A stretch of DNA of 64,000 nucleotides from Candidatus Freyarchaeum deiterrae (GTDB lineage: Archaea; Asgardarchaeota; Jordiarchaeia; Jordiarchaeales; Jordiarchaeaceae). Shown here piece by piece: positions 58,076 through 64,000 of the stretch. Made by a program: the position numbers and the translations under genes. The DNA is taken from positions 864,001 to 928,000 of the forward strand of contig CP147778.1 of assembly GCA_037305845.1 (NCBI GenBank), read 5' to 3'. The notes under the pieces are model-generated. The model worked only from the letters and a program-made list of their open reading frames with translations. It had not been told where the DNA came from and made no database searches. Each line of letters begins with the position of its first letter. The stretch's first letter is position 1.

Positions 58076-58549
58076 ATGGCTAACGCAACACTAATAGCAT
58101 TCAGTATCGTATTAGGCGCTCTCGGGGTATTCACAGTTATAGTAGCTTTTGCATTCCAAAGTATTGCGGGATTGGTTATTGCCCTTGCTATTTTTGTTAT
58201 CAGCGTAATAAGTCTAGCTTGGGGCTTTAGAGAAGAACCCTCCAAAAAAGAAAAAGCGTCAAAGCCTGTCAAGGTAGAAGCACCAGTTAAAGTGCAACCA
58301 AAGGCTCCCACACCCCCGCCCACCAAGGTAGAAACACAATTCAAAGCAAAAACGCCTGCCAAGGTAGGAGTGCCAGTTAAAGTGCAACCAAAGGTAACAA
58401 CTATTCCAGTAAAAAGCGGGAAACCCAAATCGGTCAAACCCAACAAGTCTAAAATTCTACCACCGAATACGGTTTATTGTCCATATTGTGGAAAACAAAT
58501 ACCTAAGAACAGTGTTTTCTGTCCAAATTGCGGATCATCAATAGAGTAG
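58076..58549 (+). CDS. Membrane protein with Pro/Lys/Val-rich linker and C-terminal zinc ribbon
   Basis: Two TM helices, PVKVQPK repeated (22-nt exact repeat at 58283 and 58373), CPYCG...CPNCG. Confidence 0.8.
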   Translation: MANATLIAFSIVLGALGVFTVIVAFAFQSIAGLVIALAIFVISVISLAWGFREEPSKKEKASKPVKVEAPVKVQPKAPTPPPTKVETQFKAKTPAKVGVPVKVQPKVTTIPVKSGKPKSVKPNKSKILPPNTVYCPYCGKQIPKNSVFCPNCGSSIE

Positions 58550-58679
58550 ACTATAACCTCAGATCAGTCCCTGTGATTAAAGTATTGAATTTGAAAGGCT
58601 TCCTTTAAGCCTTCTTATTTTTCGAAAGGCTTATTTTTAACTAAATTCTCATGTTCTCCAAAAAAAGTAGTGTGAGTAA

Positions 58680-59486
58680 TTGCTTCTGGAACTTTTGTTA
58701 TTATTTAGCATGAGTTTTATTATCGGCCTCTCAGGCGCCCTCACTCCGGGGCCGTTGCTTGTTGTTACTATAAATAAATCTCTTGAGGGAGGTTTCAGAA
58801 AAGGAGGATTCACAGTTTTCGGCCACCTCATTTTGGAAGCGCCCTTAATTCTTTTATTGTGTTTAGGGCTAGGCACATTTCTGAACCAAAACTGGATTAA
58901 AATAGCCTTAGCCATAATCGGAGGCAGCGGCTTAATTATACTCGGAGGGTACACAATTTTCTCCGTCTGGAAGAAAAAAATCAATTACCCCCTAAATGAA
59001 GTTGAAGAAAACCATGCGAAAGGTGGCGCCGAACTGGTGAATATAACTAACGATTTTGAAGAAAAAAATTGGAAGCAGAGAACGCTAAATAACCCTGTGG
59101 TTTTGGGTCTAACAGCGACGGCGTCAAATCCGTTCTTCTGGATCTGGTGGGTCACTGTTGGCGTAGCCATTTTAACCTATGGACCCACACTGGCTGGTGT
59201 CACCACCTCAAGCCCGCTTTATTGGATTCTTGGAAGCTATGCTGGGTTGTTTTTCCAAAGTGGGTTCGATTTAGGATATTTGATTGTAGGCTCTGTAGCA
59301 TTGGGCTGGATTTTCTTGGCAGCTGGACATTTCTCTAGCGACTTGGCTTGGTATACGGTGGTTTCTTTTGCGGTTGGTAGGGGTAGGGTTTTACTGAACC
59401 AAAGAAAATATGAAATAATAATTGCAATCTGTGGTGTTGCTCTTGTTATTCTTGGTGCATGGTTTCTCTTAAGTTCTGTTTTATGA
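58680..59486 (+). CDS. LysE-family translocator
   Basis: GLSGALTPGPL, GH..LE, SNPFFWIWW, GH..SDLAWY. Confidence 0.85.
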   Translation: MLLELLLLFSMSFIIGLSGALTPGPLLVVTINKSLEGGFRKGGFTVFGHLILEAPLILLLCLGLGTFLNQNWIKIALAIIGGSGLIILGGYTIFSVWKKKINYPLNEVEENHAKGGAELVNITNDFEEKNWKQRTLNNPVVLGLTATASNPFFWIWWVTVGVAILTYGPTLAGVTTSSPLYWILGSYAGLFFQSGFDLGYLIVGSVALGWIFLAAGHFSSDLAWYTVVSFAVGRGRVLLNQRKYEIIIAICGVALVILGAWFLLSSVL

Positions 59487-59587
59487 TGACAGCGATATGG
59501 AAAAATACTCTGCTGAGAATAAATGGATTAATGTAAAATAATATTTTGAGGGAATTTTTCGGATAGTTAAATATATTTTCAGAATGA

Positions 59588-60202
59588 TTGTTTTCTAAAA
59601 AGACTTGGTGTGAGTATTGTATGGAATGGGAAGAAGCCGTTATGAATGCTGTTAAAAAGAGTTTATCGGGTGAAGGCGGCCATGATTACGACCATACGCT
59701 CAGAGTTTACAATCTTTGCTTGAAGCTTGGAGAGCTTGAAGGAGCAGATATTGAGGTTCTTAAAGCCGCTTCTCTCCTGCACGATATAGCCCGCCCGCTT
59801 GAAGAGACTTCAGGTGTTTCCCACTCAATAAAGGGTGCAGAAATTGCTGGAAATATTTTGAAGCAGACAGATTTTCCAGAAACAAAAATCGAAAAGGTAT
59901 GCGGAGTAATCAGAAAACATAGATTTAGCGAGGGAGTTGAAGCCCGGGAAATAGAGGCCCAGATACTGCAAGATGCGGATCGATTGGATGCGAGTGGGGC
60001 TATTGGAATCGCAAGAGCCTTCATGTTTGGAGGCGGAAATGGAAGAAGTTTAAAGGAATCGGTCAAGCATTTTCATGATAAGCTACTTCAGTTGAAGGAT
60101 GAAATGCATACGACAAGTGCTTATAATATCTCTGTTCAGCGTCACGAGTTTATGGAGAAATTTTTGGATAGGCTTCAAAAAGAAATAGAGGGGGAAGCAT
60201 AA
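59588..60202 (+). CDS. HD-domain phosphohydrolase
   Basis: GHDYDH..RV, LLHDI, HRFS, QDADRLDA.GAIG, HFHDKLL. Confidence 0.9.
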   Translation: MFSKKTWCEYCMEWEEAVMNAVKKSLSGEGGHDYDHTLRVYNLCLKLGELEGADIEVLKAASLLHDIARPLEETSGVSHSIKGAEIAGNILKQTDFPETKIEKVCGVIRKHRFSEGVEAREIEAQILQDADRLDASGAIGIARAFMFGGGNGRSLKESVKHFHDKLLQLKDEMHTTSAYNISVQRHEFMEKFLDRLQKEIEGEA

Positions 60203-60318
60203 AATCTAGTCATTTCTTTGAGTCTGATTGGGTATGATATTTTTAAATTAGTAAATAATTTTGAAAAGAATTAAGGTGGGCTTAAAATTCAATAATATAT
60301 TTCTTTATTTCCATCGAG

Positions 60319-60756
60319 GTGATTTCAATGTCTAGAAAGTATCCTAATAGGCCTTTGTTAGGAGTGGGTAGTGTTATTGTTTCTGATGGAAAAGTGGTGC
60401 TTGTTAAGCGGGGGAGCCATCCGGATTATGGATTGTGGTCTATTCCTGGAGGGCTGGTTAATAAGGGGGAGACTCTGAGAGAAGCCTGTGCCAGAGAGTC
60501 ACTTGAAGAAACCGGTATTGTGGTGGAAGTTAAAGAACTTCTGGAAGTTCTGACCAGAATAGTTTATGATGATGAAGGTCGTATTCAGTACCAGTTTGTT
60601 ATTGTAGATTTTAGTGCTGAACCAATATACGGTGAGCTTAAGGCGAGTACGGATGCGTTAGAAGCGAGATACGTTAGGTTTGAAGACTTGAAGGAATATG
60701 AGATTACGGAGGCTGTAAAAGATTTGTTAAGAAAAGCAGGTATAATGAAGGATTAA
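60319..60756 (+). CDS. Nudix hydrolase (ADP-ribose pyrophosphatase-like)
   Basis: WSIPGG...GETLREACARESLEETG Nudix box. Confidence 0.9.
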   Translation: MISMSRKYPNRPLLGVGSVIVSDGKVVLVKRGSHPDYGLWSIPGGLVNKGETLREACARESLEETGIVVEVKELLEVLTRIVYDDEGRIQYQFVIVDFSAEPIYGELKASTDALEARYVRFEDLKEYEITEAVKDLLRKAGIMKD

Positions 60757-61157
60757 GGTTCATCCTTTGTTAGGGCACCTTTCAGTTTCTCCTCTATGTC
60801 GACGGCTTCCTCTTCTCCCCTTTTCTTATACATTATGCGTGGTTCAACGCCCTCTAGTTTTCGCTCCGCTCTCATTATGTCTATTTTGTCGAGTTTTCGC
60901 GGTATCTTTCTCTGTGCTACCAGAATGATTATGGCGTCCTCTATTTGTTCCCCAATTTTGGGTTTAGTTTTTCTCAAGTTTTCAAGATAGTTTTGAGCAT
61001 CGGGGAGCAGTACATATTTTAAGACGGCTTCTTTCTTTTCTTCTTGTTCACTCTGGGCGGTTTCTTGTTTCTCTTTTTGTTGTTTTTGCGCCAGATTCTT
61101 ATGCATTAATTCCATCATCTTTCTTCGCTTAATGGCTTCAAGTTCTTCGTCTGACAT
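60753..61157 (-). CDS. PDCD5-like double-stranded DNA-binding protein
   Basis: MSDEELEAIKRRKMMEL N-terminus and L..VL.PDA..YL.NL...KP; start moved to the internal Met. Confidence 0.75.
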   Translation of the reverse strand: MSDEELEAIKRRKMMELMHKNLAQKQQKEKQETAQSEQEEKKEAVLKYVLLPDAQNYLENLRKTKPKIGEQIEDAIIILVAQRKIPRKLDKIDIMRAERKLEGVEPRIMYKKRGEEEAVDIEEKLKGALTKDEP

Positions 61158-61352
61158 TTTCTTACCCCATGCAGAGGGAATAAAGTAATAGGTATTATGC
61201 TTTTTGGTACTTTTTGCCACATTAATCAAACTTTTTAAGTAGTACGACATATGATAACATAAAAAACATATGCGAACTTAATTTCAAAAACCAGTCATTT
61301 TTATAATACAGAAGGCTTCGGAAGAACAAAAAATACGGCTGGCGGTTCTAGT

Positions 61353-62138
61353 TTGAGTAGAGAAGAGTATACCATTAAAATTAAAAAAATAGATAATATA
61401 GATGAGGTGCTCTATCTAATAGAGTCTCTCTACGCCAGTGGAGCCAGAATGATTAACTTAGAGATGGAAACACCAGCAACAGCCGAACAGTTTCAAAAGA
61501 TTCGGGAATTAATTGTATCACTTCCGGGCTACGAGGTAACGGTTAAAACACCAATGAACATCTCGCTTCAAGACATTATGGAGATGAGCCACAGCTCTAT
61601 TCTTGAGACAATCAGCAACTCGGTACTTCATCTTATGGAAGACATAGTAGACTCAGTGGAATCTTTTGATCTGGCAAAAGCGGAGGCCGTGGAGCTTGCC
61701 CACGATAACGTTCACAGGTATTGCCAGAGGTATCGCAGACAAGCTCATAGTGGGACAACTCAAAACGTAAATGAACTTCTCAACTCCTCAGTGTACATAT
61801 CAAATCTGGAAAACGTAGCAAATTATCTTTCATACATAGCCCACTCTCTGAGTCAACAAACACTCCCTTCAGACCAATCTAAGCTGTTGCTGAAAATATT
61901 AGTTCCCATTAAAGAATTTATGAACAAGACTATCGAAACCTTTTTAACAAAAAATGTTGACAGGGCGCGAGCCATCCTCAGAGGGGAAAGTATGATACGA
62001 AAGGAAATTGAAAGCCTTCTAAACAGAATACTCAGCTATCCCGACAGGACAACGCGTCTCATTATAGAAAGCATAATGATACATTCAGGGGAAATACTGC
62101 GCAATCTTCATCAAATATTAATAAACACAATTAAATAG
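61353..62138 (+). CDS. PhoU-like helical-bundle protein
   Basis: SLYASG...I, LPGYEV, DLAKAEAV...D.V, LENVANY patterns of archaeal PhoU homologs. Confidence 0.6.
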   Translation: MSREEYTIKIKKIDNIDEVLYLIESLYASGARMINLEMETPATAEQFQKIRELIVSLPGYEVTVKTPMNISLQDIMEMSHSSILETISNSVLHLMEDIVDSVESFDLAKAEAVELAHDNVHRYCQRYRRQAHSGTTQNVNELLNSSVYISNLENVANYLSYIAHSLSQQTLPSDQSKLLLKILVPIKEFMNKTIETFLTKNVDRARAILRGESMIRKEIESLLNRILSYPDRTTRLIIESIMIHSGEILRNLHQILINTIK

Positions 62139-62302
62139 AAATAGTTAAATTTTCTATAGAATTAAATTGTATCAAGTAATATTATTTTAAGAAAAACATA
62201 TTAAACTCGTTTTTATAAATGGATGTTTAATAAAGTAATCATACACTCAAAACTTTTAAGTGGTTTCAAGAACTAATATTAAACAAGCGAGAGGTGTAAA
62301 AT

Positions 62303-62920
62303 TTGAGCGAAAAAAAGTCAGGATCAAGCAACCCATCATCATCCGACTCAAAGGCTAAAACAGCCGCCACCGAAGTAGCTATGTCCGCAGAAGGAACCAG
62401 AGAAGAAGAAATGTCTATGCTCCGCATGATGGTTAATATAATGGAAGACAACGTTAACACCATGCTCAGAATAGAAAAGACCCTCAATGATAGATTAGGC
62501 TCAATAGAGAGAAGGTTGACAGAAACAGAAAAAAGGCTCTCTGATCGAATTGGAAGCATTGGAGTTTCCGGTTCAGAAAAACTGGAAGAGACCCTAGGCA
62601 AAGCGGTAAACGATATGCAGAAAGGAATGGAGATAATGGTCCTTCAGAACATGGTCGAAAAGGTTGAGGGACTAGCAGCCCAGTTAAGAGGCGAACCATT
62701 GCCTGAGAGAAAGAAGCCTGCAGAAGGGAAAGAAGAAAAGCCTGCCCAAAGGATTCAGAGAAAGGATAAGGATAAGGAAAAAGACAAGGAAAGAGAAGAC
62801 AGAGGATTTAGAGATCGGTCGAAAGATAAAGTGGAGTACAGAGAAGAAGAAGAAAGAGAGCCGAAGAAAGGAGACGAGCGATTGGTCAGACCTTCGGACC
62901 TGTTTGGCAGAGGTTACTGA
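62303..62920 (+). CDS. Hypothetical coiled-coil protein with a highly charged tail
   Basis: GAGGTG before a TTG start; heptad helices; K/E/D/R-rich C-terminus ending RPSDLFGRGY. Confidence 0.7.
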   Translation: MSEKKSGSSNPSSSDSKAKTAATEVAMSAEGTREEEMSMLRMMVNIMEDNVNTMLRIEKTLNDRLGSIERRLTETEKRLSDRIGSIGVSGSEKLEETLGKAVNDMQKGMEIMVLQNMVEKVEGLAAQLRGEPLPERKKPAEGKEEKPAQRIQRKDKDKEKDKEREDRGFRDRSKDKVEYREEEEREPKKGDERLVRPSDLFGRGY

Positions 62921-63115
62921 TAAACCTAGGCACTAGCAAAAATTAATTATTTTATTCTCATCGTGAACATTTAGAACCCGGATTTCTTATCCCCACAATT
63001 TTTTATTCTCATCCTGATGGATAATAGAGCAAAAAGGTTAATGGGAGTTAGAAATTCAACTAATATCTGTTGATTCTGATTTTATTTTTTTAATTTGGGG
63101 TAAACTTTTTTGGAG

Positions 63116-63589
63116 TTACCATTTGGTTCCTTGCTTTTCTTTCTCTTTTTGTTGTTGTTGCTTTGGGGGATTTACTTGGGCGTCTATTTCTCCTTGTAGG
63201 TATTGTACTGCGTCTAAGAATCTGTTTAGTACGATGAGCATTTGAACGCTCCAGGTAGCATCTTGTACGCTTCCAAGAGTTTGCCTGTGGGTTTTAATGG
63301 TTTCATCACGTACTTGTTCTATATTTATTTGCTGAACTTTATGTAACTCGTTGAGAACATTAGTGGTGGATTCATTCATTTTTTGTATGGTCTTTGTTCT
63401 TTCTGAACGAATGGTGTTGGTTAATTCCACAGAGGCTTGGATCATGTTTGTGATGTTTTGAGAGAAGAATTCGGTAAATTTCAGAATTTTGTTCGTGTAG
63501 TTTTCAATTAGAGAAGTCACATTTTCTATCTTTGTGTAGATATCATTAAGAGCCTGGGTAACTAGAGGTATGATTGCTTCTGCCGACAT
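63116..63589 (-). CDS. Hypothetical all-helical protein
   Basis: 157-aa ORF with GGAGGT upstream and amphipathic helices. Confidence 0.7.
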   Translation of the reverse strand: MSAEAIIPLVTQALNDIYTKIENVTSLIENYTNKILKFTEFFSQNITNMIQASVELTNTIRSERTKTIQKMNESTTNVLNELHKVQQINIEQVRDETIKTHRQTLGSVQDATWSVQMLIVLNRFLDAVQYLQGEIDAQVNPPKQQQQKEKEKQGTKW

Positions 63590-63591
63590 GT

Positions 63592-63999
63592 TTAATAACC
63601 TCCCTCATCTCGTGTTGACTCCATTTTTGGTTGAACACTTGTAGCTGCTGTCAGAATCTTGAGTGAAGCTTGAACAAGTTCCCTCATCATTGGGCGTAGC
63701 TTCTGAGGGTCTAGTTCACCGTATACTAGCTTTAGAAGCTCTTCCATTGCTTCTTTGGATTTGGTGAATGTCTCAAGTTTTAGGAGATCACTTACGTTTC
63801 CTACCTCAAAGCTAAAAGTGTTTACAAGCGTGTTAACCTGATCGCCGAAAATTTCTTCTTCTTCTCTTATTGCTCGAGCTAATTTTTCAAGTGTGTCGTT
63901 TATTTGTTTAATGCTCCTTTCCACGTTTTCCATCAATCCCGATAAAAGATCGTAATTCTTTTGCATGACGTTGAGAGAACTATCTAATTTCGAGGAAAT
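63592..63999 (-). CDS. Hypothetical helical protein, 5'-truncated by the window edge
   Basis: Frame stays open upstream of the ORF-track Met (ISSKLDSSLNVMQK...) to the window end. Confidence 0.65.
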   Translation of the reverse strand: MSSKLDSSLNVMQKNYDLLSGLMENVERSIKQINDTLEKLARAIREEEEIFGDQVNTLVNTFSFEVGNVSDLLKLETFTKSKEAMEELLKLVYGELDPQKLRPMMRELVQASLKILTAATSVQPKMESTRDEGGY

Positions 64000-64000
64000 A

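Noticed and set aside
1-64000. CRISPR array, rRNA, tRNA, selenocysteine or pyrrolysine recoding
   Set aside because: No regularly spaced repeats or RNA-gene signatures were seen, and the Hdr and MttB genes have no in-frame TGA or TAG.

Overview
This is an archaeal genomic window, most likely from an Asgard archaeon. That assignment is an inference from two small GTPases, a probable longin-fold protein, methanofuran genes, tungsten oxidoreductases and a thermosome. Most of the window is anaerobic metabolism: HdrB plus HdrA-MvhD, two 3-hydroxyacyl-CoA dehydrogenases, an MttB-family methyltransferase with its corrinoid protein and activator, PGK, GlcD/GlcF-like genes, one AOR, a tandemly duplicated WOR5/GOR-like pair, and MfnB/MfnE. 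The most unusual part is 29.8-36.4 kb. A herA-nurA-(tandem winged-helix ORF) operon, with no mre11/rad50 nearby, is transcribed divergently from six paralogous ~100-aa winged-helix genes that each have a different recognition helix. The spacer between them holds two copies of a TATA-enclosing inverted repeat. A ~315-bp structured element resembling a non-autonomous IscB-type omega/HEARO RNA element sits in the 3' end of nurA, and removing it in silico restores a compact operon. Other notable items: an AbiE toxin-antitoxin pair bracketed by inverted paralog copies, a small GTPase whose start position reads ACG, a longin-like/coiled-coil 914-aa protein with an 804-aa partner, and a decayed trehalose synthase remnant. 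No rRNA, tRNA or CRISPR array was recognised. All family assignments come from motifs read by eye, with no database search.
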